Source: a virus. Taken from it: DNA of 64,000 nucleotides. The DNA lies in the IMG/VR virus record IMGVR_UViG_3300033273_000460, positions 43,771 to 107,770 of that record. One strand, given 5' to 3'. This document shows, one piece after another, positions 48,263 to 56,615 of this stretch. The notes beneath the pieces were generated by a model. It had not been told where the DNA came from. It made no database searches and worked only from the letters and a program-made list of their open reading frames with translations. The position numbers and the translations under genes were made by a program. Positions within the stretch are counted from its first letter, which is position 1, and every line of letters starts with the position of its first letter.

Positions 48263-48825
48263 TTTATATTTGTGGAGATAGTTTTGCAACATCTGATGTT
48301 GAAAGCAACATCGTACCTTGGCATGAACAATTAGAATGTGTTAATCTCAGTCGTAAGTGTGCTACCAATCTACAAATAAGTCAGCAAGTAGATCATGCAA
48401 TTGCACATGCTAGTTTCGTTATAGTACTGTTTACAACTTGTGTAAGATTTGAATATAACGACGACAGTTATACACTACATAATTTAGACACAAGTAACTT
48501 AACCAACAAGCAAAAGCAGTTGGTAACTGAACATGCTAAACATTTTTTTAATTTAGACTTGGAAATTTATAGAAACAAGTGTATAATAGAAAGTGTATTG
48601 CAACGTTTGGTTGATAGTAATATACCATTTATTTTTGACCAGGGCGGGTTTGAACATACAAAGTTTGGTGCGGTGAACAAATACTTTAGTAAGTATGATC
48701 ATTGTCGTAGTCAATATAACCTATGGGATTATGGCGATAGTAAAACATACAGACCTTATTTTCATATCACAGATCAAACAATACACAACATGATAGCAGA
48801 ATATTACAATGAACAAACCCAATAA
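48259..48825 (+). CDS. SGNH/GDSL-like protein
   Basis: IYICGDSF block I; NLS...ATN; C-terminal YFHI...HNMIA. Confidence 0.55.
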   Translation: MIYICGDSFATSDVESNIVPWHEQLECVNLSRKCATNLQISQQVDHAIAHASFVIVLFTTCVRFEYNDDSYTLHNLDTSNLTNKQKQLVTEHAKHFFNLDLEIYRNKCIIESVLQRLVDSNIPFIFDQGGFEHTKFGAVNKYFSKYDHCRSQYNLWDYGDSKTYRPYFHITDQTIHNMIAEYYNEQTQ

Positions 48826-50074
48826 CCTGTGTATGGCACCATGGACACACACTTATCTCAGTCCGCAAACAGAACGGCGACTGTGTTGTGCTAGTCGAGA
48901 ACCTGCACAAAACTTCAAGCAGTATATAGACACTGCAGAAGGTACTAATGAATATGTTCCAAGCACACTAGAAGAATGGTGGAACGGTGAACACATACGT
49001 CGCATACGCACACAGATGTTAAATAATCAAGTGCCTCCTGAATGTGTGGTTTGTGATAAAAAACTACTAAACCAAGATGTATACAGAGACTATTTCAATC
49101 ATTTGTTTGCACACAAATGGCCAGAAGTTTTAGAAAGTACAACAGAATCTGGACATACTACAATGCAACCTGTAAGTTGGGACTACCGTTTTAGCAACCT
49201 GTGCAATTTCAAATGTCGTATGTGCGGCCCTATGCTGAGTAGCAGTTGGGAAACAGAGGCACGCAAACAAGGCAAAATAGAACCTTGGATGGAAAAAAGT
49301 GTAAAGAAAAGTATTGATAGTTTTCAAAAAGATACTGTAGAACAAGAGTTTGCTACTGCAGTTGAAGAACACAGAGTAGAAGAAATATATTGGGTTGGTG
49401 GTGAACCATTGATGTATGAACAACATTGGCGTTACATGCAACGTATAATAGAACTGGGAGATGGGCCAGGACTGTATGCACGTTACAACACAAACCTTAG
49501 CAGGATCAACTACAAAGGCATTAACCTCTACAGTGATATACTTGATAAGATCCGTGATTGGCAAATTTGTGCCAGCATAGATGGCACAGGCAGTATAGGA
49601 GAATACATACGCACAGGGCTAAACTACGAAGAATGGCTAGAATATTTTTGTCAAGGAATAAGTCACAGTCGCAACAGACGCATGATGCGTATAGATTTCA
49701 CTCTTACCACCCCCGGACTTTTTGAAGTTATAAATATCTGCAAGTTAGCAAAACAGTTAGATGTTGACATTCTTGCAAAGGTTACATTTGCCTTTACACC
49801 AGACATAGCAATGAGCCCATTGTTTCTGCCTAGAAATTTATTGGAGTCAGTGATTGATGATATATTACCCAACTGTGATAATGGCACGATGCACAACATG
49901 TTAACCACACTGCTAGACAGGCCTACATTTGAAGAGGAATATCCAGATCAATATCAGCAAGCAAGGATCGTAGGAAAAAAGCGCATGGATGCAATGGACA
50001 AATTGCGAGGCGGTATGTGCTTTGCTGACACACTTGATGCACAAACAAGAAAGTGGTGGAATGAAATCAGTTAA
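48809..50074 (+). CDS. Radical SAM enzyme with N-terminal twitch/SPASM module (6)
   Basis: CNFKCRMC, WVGGEP; N-terminal LCMAPW...RLCC...LEEWWNG...CVVC. Confidence 0.92.
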   Translation: MNKPNNLCMAPWTHTYLSPQTERRLCCASREPAQNFKQYIDTAEGTNEYVPSTLEEWWNGEHIRRIRTQMLNNQVPPECVVCDKKLLNQDVYRDYFNHLFAHKWPEVLESTTESGHTTMQPVSWDYRFSNLCNFKCRMCGPMLSSSWETEARKQGKIEPWMEKSVKKSIDSFQKDTVEQEFATAVEEHRVEEIYWVGGEPLMYEQHWRYMQRIIELGDGPGLYARYNTNLSRINYKGINLYSDILDKIRDWQICASIDGTGSIGEYIRTGLNYEEWLEYFCQGISHSRNRRMMRIDFTLTTPGLFEVINICKLAKQLDVDILAKVTFAFTPDIAMSPLFLPRNLLESVIDDILPNCDNGTMHNMLTTLLDRPTFEEEYPDQYQQARIVGKKRMDAMDKLRGGMCFADTLDAQTRKWWNEIS

Positions 50075-51149
50075 AGTTGTATTGAGAAATTATCAAACCA
50101 ATGAAACCTTAGACTACAACATAGTTCCCAATGATACCCAATTGGCCCAAGATTGGATGGCTGCATTAGAAAAAGATATTCTCAAAACAAATTTACACCT
50201 AGAAAAGAACTTTTGTTTTCACGGTTTCCCTTATACACAACGAACTTTGGAATTATTGTGTAGTGAATTAAATCGTCATATCTATAATATCAACACCAGT
50301 GGACTTGGTTACACCATTGAAGAATGGTTTGCTCCGGATGTTGTACGGTTTGGAGATGAATATCCTGTTGGAAACTATACAGACAACATGCGTAATCATG
50401 GCTTAAAAGTTAAACACAGTGTAATGAATCAACTGCACAATCATTTTGAGGTATTACAAGGAACTGTAGAACATCCAAGTGAGTATGCAAAGTTCATGTC
50501 ACCAGAAACTACATACGCAGTAAGACAGTTAAACAATATCTGCCATGAAATGGAAACTCTTGTATTAAGCCAACGCAAACTTGCTTACGACCCACACTGG
50601 GTACGTCCTAGTCAAATCACAACATTTCTACGATGTCCTCGGCATGATCTAACAGATGAACACAGACAAGGATTTATTGACAATGGGTATGACAGAGAAT
50701 TAGGCGGTGTGTACATGCACTGGTGTCAGATTGGTAAGACACTGATGGAAGTGTACAGAGATGAAGGTGCACCAGAACTCACAGATGCAGTGTGCGAGGC
50801 CATAACTCATTTGCAGTATTACAGCGGTGAGTTTGACATAGAATGGGCCAATGATGTAACATACACTAGTAATAATCCGTGGCACCGTGATGAAATAGAT
50901 GGTTTTACAAATTGGTTGTGTGAAAATAACCACGATCCACAGGATCCAAAACTAAGTCTAGGCTATTTAAAATTAGGTAGTGTAGATTTAAAAGGTTCTT
51001 TTGGTAGCGAAAATGGTCAGGACATTTGGCAGCAAATGGGAGATTATCTAGACATTTATCGCATTGAATGTGGAAATACCACAGCAACATACGACTATCA
51101 CTGGAGTGACACAGATCATGAACAACGACAATTGGGCGCACTAACATAA
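50061..51149 (+). CDS. Hypothetical protein with paired His/Glu helical motifs (possible metalloprotein)
   Basis: LNRHI, MNQLHNHFE, LNNICHEME, YMHWCQIGKT; start ATG 50061. Confidence 0.6.
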   Translation: MKSVKVVLRNYQTNETLDYNIVPNDTQLAQDWMAALEKDILKTNLHLEKNFCFHGFPYTQRTLELLCSELNRHIYNINTSGLGYTIEEWFAPDVVRFGDEYPVGNYTDNMRNHGLKVKHSVMNQLHNHFEVLQGTVEHPSEYAKFMSPETTYAVRQLNNICHEMETLVLSQRKLAYDPHWVRPSQITTFLRCPRHDLTDEHRQGFIDNGYDRELGGVYMHWCQIGKTLMEVYRDEGAPELTDAVCEAITHLQYYSGEFDIEWANDVTYTSNNPWHRDEIDGFTNWLCENNHDPQDPKLSLGYLKLGSVDLKGSFGSENGQDIWQQMGDYLDIYRIECGNTTATYDYHWSDTDHEQRQLGALT

Positions 51150-51159
51150 ACGAGGATCA

Positions 51160-52302
51160 TTGATGGACATAAGAATAAAAGAAATATTTCGCAAAGAAAG
51201 CAATAGGCAAAACAATACTGTTGAACTTATTGCCAGTGAAAACTTTGCAAGTGCTGATGTAATGGAACTTGTTGGTAGTATTTTTACCAACAAGTATGCC
51301 GAAGGTTATCCGGGCAAACGTTACTACAACGGTTGCGATCATATGGATGAGATCGAGCAACTGGCAATAGATCAACTAAAAGAAATCTACGGTTGTGAGT
51401 TTGCCAACGTTCAACCACACTGCGGTGCTAATGCCAACACTGCCATTTACCTAGCGTTCCTTAAACCAGGCGACCGTATACTTGGCATGGATCTAGCCAG
51501 TGGCGGACATCTAAGTCACGGTGCACCAGTTAACATCAGTGGTAAAGTTTATGAGGCACATCACTATGGTGTGGATGCAGATGGTTGGTTAAACTATGAT
51601 GACATTGAACAGCAGGCAGTAGAACTACAGCCTAAGATTATTGTAGCAGGTGCCAGTGCTTATCCTCGTCACATCAACTTTGCACGTTTTAGAAGTATTG
51701 CAGACAAAGTTGGTGCATACCTGCTGGTTGACATGGCACACTACAGTGGACTGGTTGCTGGCAATGCATATCCTAGTCCTGTTGAACATGCAGACTTTGT
51801 AACAAGCACCACACACAAAACACTGCGTGGACCTAGAGGCGGTTTTATACTGTGGAACAATCCAGACTTCACACGCAAGATTAACAGTGCAATCTTTCCT
51901 GGCACACAAGGCGGTCCACTGATGAATATCATTGCCGCAAAAGCACAGGCATTTATTGAAGCAAACACACCAGAGTTTGCAGATTATGCACGCCGTGTTG
52001 TGGAAAATGCACAAGCAATGTGTGAAGTTTTTGTAACAAATGGATTTAAAGTACAAACAGGTGGTACATGTTCACACATTATTCTAATGGACTTGAGTGA
52101 GTCTAAATACAGTGGGCGTGAGGCTGCAGACTTGTTAGAAGCAAATGGAATCACAGTAAATAAAAATGGGGTACCAAACGATCCACGTAGTTTTGTAGAA
52201 ACCAGTGGTATACGAATTGGCACTGCCGCAGAAACAACTCGAGGTCACGATGACGAATGGTTCAGAGACCTCGCCAGAAGAATTTGTGAGATATTAGCAT
52301 GA
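51160..52302 (+). CDS. glyA: Serine hydroxymethyltransferase
   Basis: LIASENF, NKYAEGYPGKRYY, GGHLSHG, VTSTTHKTLRGPRGG (PLP lysine), FPGTQGGP, SGIRIGT. Confidence 0.97.
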   Translation: MMDIRIKEIFRKESNRQNNTVELIASENFASADVMELVGSIFTNKYAEGYPGKRYYNGCDHMDEIEQLAIDQLKEIYGCEFANVQPHCGANANTAIYLAFLKPGDRILGMDLASGGHLSHGAPVNISGKVYEAHHYGVDADGWLNYDDIEQQAVELQPKIIVAGASAYPRHINFARFRSIADKVGAYLLVDMAHYSGLVAGNAYPSPVEHADFVTSTTHKTLRGPRGGFILWNNPDFTRKINSAIFPGTQGGPLMNIIAAKAQAFIEANTPEFADYARRVVENAQAMCEVFVTNGFKVQTGGTCSHIILMDLSESKYSGREAADLLEANGITVNKNGVPNDPRSFVETSGIRIGTAAETTRGHDDEWFRDLARRICEILA

Positions 52303-52403
52303 TTACATTTATAAAAAAGATTGTAAACAAAATCAAACTGGAGATAAGATATCGCAAGCGTCTAAAAGAATTGCGCAAGCGTGATCCTTTTATATACAAA
52401 TGA
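52299..52403 (+). CDS. 34-aa basic microprotein MITFIKKIVNKIKLEIRYRKRLKELRKRDPFIYK
   Basis: Not in the ORF track; ATGA overlaps at both ends fill the glyA-52400 gap exactly. Confidence 0.75.
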   Translation: MITFIKKIVNKIKLEIRYRKRLKELRKRDPFIYK

Positions 52404-52642
52404 TAGAAATCAAAATTGGTATATTCAATCTACTCAAAAAGGTCATAGGCGGAAGCAGCCTACAACTTGCAGTTGTTTATACCATTGGACACATACTGAT
52501 TGCAATGACCTGCAATAGAATGATAACTGGTGCAGACTGGGCACTAGCAGGTGCAGATGCACTCATTGAACCAATCATTAATGGTTTCTGGTTTTACATA
52601 CTACACAAAGGCTATAAAGTTTATAGCAGTAAACAAAAATGA
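52400..52642 (+). CDS. Small membrane protein, DUF2061-like
   Basis: YTIGHILIAMT...ITGA..ALAGADALIEPIINGFWFYILHK. Confidence 0.65.
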   Translation: MIEIKIGIFNLLKKVIGGSSLQLAVVYTIGHILIAMTCNRMITGADWALAGADALIEPIINGFWFYILHKGYKVYSSKQK

Positions 52643-53271
52643 AACTGGTTACGTTTGGTGACAGTTGGCCTGCAGGTGAAGAATTAAATCCAGGAGAAAA
52701 ACCTTTTGGTCAAATCATTGCAGAAATATTAACATTTGATTTTGCAAATTATGCACAGTCTGCTACAAGCATACCTCACATGATAATACAACTTCAACAA
52801 TGTATTAAAGACGATCCTGGCGGTCATCCAATGGCATTGTTTTGTATAACCAGTAGCAGTAGAAGCATGTATTACGACGATGATTATCTGGAAAATATGG
52901 GGTGGCGTGAAATACACATTAGCAACGAAGATACTGCTAGTGAAAGTTATTATCGCAATTTGTATAGTGATCAACTGGCTCATTTTCATGCCAATGTGTA
53001 CCTGCTTGCACTGCAACAAATTTGCCAGAAACACAGTATCAACGATAGATATGTTTTTTGTTGGGAAAATTTTGATTTAATGCCTGGTATTGATACAAGT
53101 AAAATATATCCTCGCACCCTTGCTGACATTATAGGTGTTGGGTTGCCTTTGGGTAGAAAAGATGTATTAATTGACAGCAATCATGAATGTGTTAAACCAA
53201 ACGAAAATCATCCCAATCAAAAAGGACATCAAAAAATTGCTGATGAACTAGCACGATGGATACAAAAATGA
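52639..53271 (+). CDS. SGNH/GDSL-like protein
   Basis: LVTFGDSWPAG block I; NYA..ATS; NENHPNQKGHQKIA block V. Confidence 0.6.
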   Translation: MKLVTFGDSWPAGEELNPGEKPFGQIIAEILTFDFANYAQSATSIPHMIIQLQQCIKDDPGGHPMALFCITSSSRSMYYDDDYLENMGWREIHISNEDTASESYYRNLYSDQLAHFHANVYLLALQQICQKHSINDRYVFCWENFDLMPGIDTSKIYPRTLADIIGVGLPLGRKDVLIDSNHECVKPNENHPNQKGHQKIADELARWIQK

Positions 53272-54740
53272 TATTAGGACTTAGTGCTGGATTTCATGAC
53301 GCTGGTGCAACACTTGTAAACACCAACGGCGATATACTGTTTGCAGGTCATGCAGAACGTTACAGCGGCATAAAGAATGATGCTAACCTCAATGATGCAC
53401 TGTTAGAAGATGCATGCAGTTATGGCAAACCTACCAGTATAGCATGGTACGAAAACCATTGGCGTAAACGCACACGACAGATCTACAGTGGCGAATGGCG
53501 CAAAGCACTAGACTTTAGCACAACACCACAAGCACTGTGTTCCAAACACAACTTACAGGCACCTATAACCAGTTATGGTCATCACATGTGCCACGCAGCA
53601 GCAGGATTCCAAACAAGTCCTTTTGAACGGTGTAAAGTACTAGTTGTGGACGCCATTGGCGAATGGGACACTGTTAGTGTTTGGGATGCATGGTATGATG
53701 ATGATGGGTATGCACGTTATAAAAAGATTTGGAGTCAACGTTATCCGCACAGCATAGGACTATACTACAGTGCAGTCACACACTACGTTGGGCTCAAGCC
53801 TATGGAAGATGAATACATACTGATGGGCATGGCAGCATATGGCAAAGGATATCTCACTGCATACCAAGAAAACCTAAAACTGTGGAGTGACGATAGAAAT
53901 ATAAAACTTGTGGACAATTTACACACAGGCATTGACGAAGAATGGTTCAGTGGCACAGGACTCAATGAATATGATATTGCAGCAGGTGCACAAAAAGTTG
54001 TTGAAAAACTGTTAATAGAATTGGTGCAACGTTGGTGCGGTCTCGACGAGAATTTGGTGTTTATGGGAGGTGTTGCACTCAACTGTGTTGCCAACAGCCA
54101 AATAAGATTTTATTGCAACGACCTATGGATCATGCCTAATCCAGGTGATTGTGGTAGCAGTTTGGGTGCTGCAGCACTACAGTACGGCAAAAAACTCAAC
54201 TGGCAAGGTCCTTATTTGGGACATGACATGGGCAACAAGTATCCTACAGATGAACTACTGGGAGAATTACAAACAAATAAAATTGTAGGTGTTGCTACAG
54301 GTCGTGCAGAGTTTGGACCGCGAGCATTGGGCACTAGAAGTTTGTTAGCAGATCCACGTGGCAATGACATCAAAGACCGTGTAAACGAAATAAAACGCAG
54401 ACAAAAGTTTAGACCATTTGCTCCAATGGTGTTAGAAGAACATGCCAGTAGATATTTTGATATGCATAGAGAAATAAATCCATACATGCAAGGCACATAC
54501 AAATGTCTAGCACCAGAACTGTTTCCTGCTATTGTGCATGCAGACAATACCAGCAGAGTACAAACAGTAGGACGTAACGATCATCCAGGCGTGAGAGAAC
54601 TGTTAGAAAAGTGGTATGTACTCACAGATTGCCCTATTTTGTTAAATACTAGTCTGAATATTAAAGGCGAACCTATGGTTAACAACAGAGCAGATGCTGA
54701 TAGGTTTGAACAGCGTTATGGAGTACGAGTGTGTTCATAG
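53256..54740 (+). CDS. O-carbamoyltransferase (NodU/CmcH/TobZ family)
   Basis: GFHDAGA..AGHAER, HHMCHAAAG, DAIGE, MGMAAYG, GGVALNC, GDCG, EFGPRALG.RS, FRPFAP, LLNTSLN. The start is probably ATG 53268 (ATGA overlap). Confidence 0.95.
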   Translation: MDTKMILGLSAGFHDAGATLVNTNGDILFAGHAERYSGIKNDANLNDALLEDACSYGKPTSIAWYENHWRKRTRQIYSGEWRKALDFSTTPQALCSKHNLQAPITSYGHHMCHAAAGFQTSPFERCKVLVVDAIGEWDTVSVWDAWYDDDGYARYKKIWSQRYPHSIGLYYSAVTHYVGLKPMEDEYILMGMAAYGKGYLTAYQENLKLWSDDRNIKLVDNLHTGIDEEWFSGTGLNEYDIAAGAQKVVEKLLIELVQRWCGLDENLVFMGGVALNCVANSQIRFYCNDLWIMPNPGDCGSSLGAAALQYGKKLNWQGPYLGHDMGNKYPTDELLGELQTNKIVGVATGRAEFGPRALGTRSLLADPRGNDIKDRVNEIKRRQKFRPFAPMVLEEHASRYFDMHREINPYMQGTYKCLAPELFPAIVHADNTSRVQTVGRNDHPGVRELLEKWYVLTDCPILLNTSLNIKGEPMVNNRADADRFEQRYGVRVCS

Positions 54741-55267
54741 ACCAATTACACCCTAGTTTTTATCACATCAAAGATGTGTTCACTGACCAGCAACTTACAG
54801 AATTAAGAAGTTTGTACTGGGACAAACACACATGGCAAGAATTAGCAGACGAATGGGATAACATACGCCATAAAAAAACATTAGATTTTGAGATAGACGG
54901 ATTGGAAGAAATACAAAATTTTATCGAAGACAGATTACAAAAACCAGTATATCCAAATAGTCCTCAATTATGGTTTGATTATCCTGGTTACATAGATCGT
55001 TTACACACAAGTACTGGTCCTAATATACATGTGGCTGCAAAAATATATCTTATTCACAGTTCAAATACACAACAAGGCACCTACTTTATAGATGACGTCA
55101 CTGATCATGAAAAGAGGAGTCTATACCATATTGATTATGTTGTGAATACAGGATATGTAATGTTTGGGCCTACACAATTTAGCCATGGCATGAGGCATCC
55201 TGTAACAGATCATCGTATGAGTCTTTATCAAAGTTATAGGCTCAATTCAATTGCAGCCAACGAGTAG
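54731..55267 (+). CDS. 2OG-Fe(II) oxygenase-like (DSBH) protein with an atypical facial triad
   Basis: LWFDYPGY..RLHTS...IYL...GTYF...NTGYVM...SHGM...RMSLY; HxD replaced by HTS. Confidence 0.5.
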   Translation: MFIDQLHPSFYHIKDVFTDQQLTELRSLYWDKHTWQELADEWDNIRHKKTLDFEIDGLEEIQNFIEDRLQKPVYPNSPQLWFDYPGYIDRLHTSTGPNIHVAAKIYLIHSSNTQQGTYFIDDVTDHEKRSLYHIDYVVNTGYVMFGPTQFSHGMRHPVTDHRMSLYQSYRLNSIAANE

Positions 55268-55574
55268 TGATGTGCAACTAAAAGACAAAGTAATAGTCGC
55301 ACTTAGAGATGTGTATGATCCTGAAATCAGTATCAACGTGTATGACCTTGGGCTAATATATAACATTGAAGTAACAGGCACACATGTACATGTTCAGCAC
55401 TCACTTACCAGCATGATGTGTCCATTTGCAGATCAAATCTGTGAGGACATTACCAATGCTGTCAAAGGCGTAGATGGTGTAGAAACTGTAGAGCGAGAAT
55501 TGGTTTGGGAGCCGGAGTTTGGTCCAGAAATGGTACCAGAGGATACTAAATTAGCTTTGGGTTGGGATTTTTAA
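55251..55574 (+). CDS. sufT: Fe-S cluster maturation factor, DUF59/SufT/MIP18 family
   Basis: ALRDVYDPEISINVYDLGLIY...LTSMMCPFA...LVWEP (DPE-x-T-x3-C signature). Confidence 0.88.
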   Translation: MQPTSSDVQLKDKVIVALRDVYDPEISINVYDLGLIYNIEVTGTHVHVQHSLTSMMCPFADQICEDITNAVKGVDGVETVERELVWEPEFGPEMVPEDTKLALGWDF

Positions 55575-56615
55575 TTCAATATCCTTAAACAATTGATTGA
55601 CAATGTTGTCTAGTGTGCGTTGCATATAGAACCATTCATAGTTGTGTTCTAGTGTGCTTCGTATGCTCTTTGTTTTGATCATGCTTTGTATGTTTTCAAG
55701 TGGCTGGTCTGCTAAATCTTTTATCACATCAAATGCTGCACTGTATCTTGCATCATGATCCTCTAAATTGTCATAGTGCTCGCTCCAGTGTGTGCCAAAT
55801 GTTTTGAACCCCATTTGTTTGAGAGTATCCAGTGTTTTACATGTTCCAAACACTATAAAAGGTTGCATGAGCACCATTGGTTTGAATATCTTTTCTGTAA
55901 AAAAGTTTTCGTTTTGATCAAATACTGTTTCCATACAAATGTGTATACCACAAGTGTTTGCAGTTTCAACGTCTACGCTGTGGCTAGCATTGGGATGAGT
56001 TTTATCATCTATTACCAATGGTAAAATTTTTTGTATGTCTTCTCTGCCAGTGATGCTTTCAAAACTTTGTTGTGTAAGCGGATCGTGTGCAGGAAAACTG
56101 TATGCTGCAGTATCAAGTATGTTGTTGTCATAAAAGTCTTGCACCAGTTTACAACGATGAGGCCTATTTTCTGCAAACAATCTGTTGTAACACACAAAAT
56201 GTTTTTCAAGTGTGCGTTCGCTTGGACGCATCAACAGTGGGTGGTTTCTATATCCTCTGTACCAATCTCTTGCTGCAACATAGTGGTGTTGATAGTGTAC
56301 AACACTCCAACCGTATTTTTCAACATAACTGTCTAAGTTTTCGCCGTACTTTTCTGCAGTAATAAGTATTACTGTTGATCCCCAATCATTAAACATTTCA
56401 GCAAAATGATCTAGCCAACGTATTCTTGACCAAATTGGTTCTTGATCGTATAATAATAACACAGTCTTAGGAAATTCATAAGCACTGTCAAACACAGTAT
56501 CTTCTGGATGTTCACTGCCATATGGATAAGGATATACCACAGCAGGTTCTAAATGGTCATACGTGCGTCTAAACCAAGTGCTGATGGTAGGATAAAAGGT
56601 TTCTAAATTATACAT
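55551..56615 (-). CDS. GT-B/GT10-like protein, paralog 4 (inverted relative to the cluster)
   Basis: FVCYNR...RPHR...ICMET...FFTEKIFKPM..QPF...MGFKTF..WSEHYD. Confidence 0.55.
   Translation of the reverse strand: MYNLETFYPTISTWFRRTYDHLEPAVVYPYPYGSEHPEDTVFDSAYEFPKTVLLLYDQEPIWSRIRWLDHFAEMFNDWGSTVILITAEKYGENLDSYVEKYGWSVVHYQHHYVAARDWYRGYRNHPLLMRPSERTLEKHFVCYNRLFAENRPHRCKLVQDFYDNNILDTAAYSFPAHDPLTQQSFESITGREDIQKILPLVIDDKTHPNASHSVDVETANTCGIHICMETVFDQNENFFTEKIFKPMVLMQPFIVFGTCKTLDTLKQMGFKTFGTHWSEHYDNLEDHDARYSAAFDVIKDLADQPLENIQSMIKTKSIRSTLEHNYEWFYMQRTLDNIVNQLFKDIELKIPTQS

Noticed and set aside
34064-50060. Upstream-extended starts in the ORF track (34064, 36026, 38035, 41133, 42109, 44146, 45455, 46512, 49989)
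   Set aside because: Longer overlaps with upstream genes; downstream starts at 34115, 36035, 38110, 41205, 42193, 44161, 45464, 46626 and 50061 fit coupling or SD positions better.
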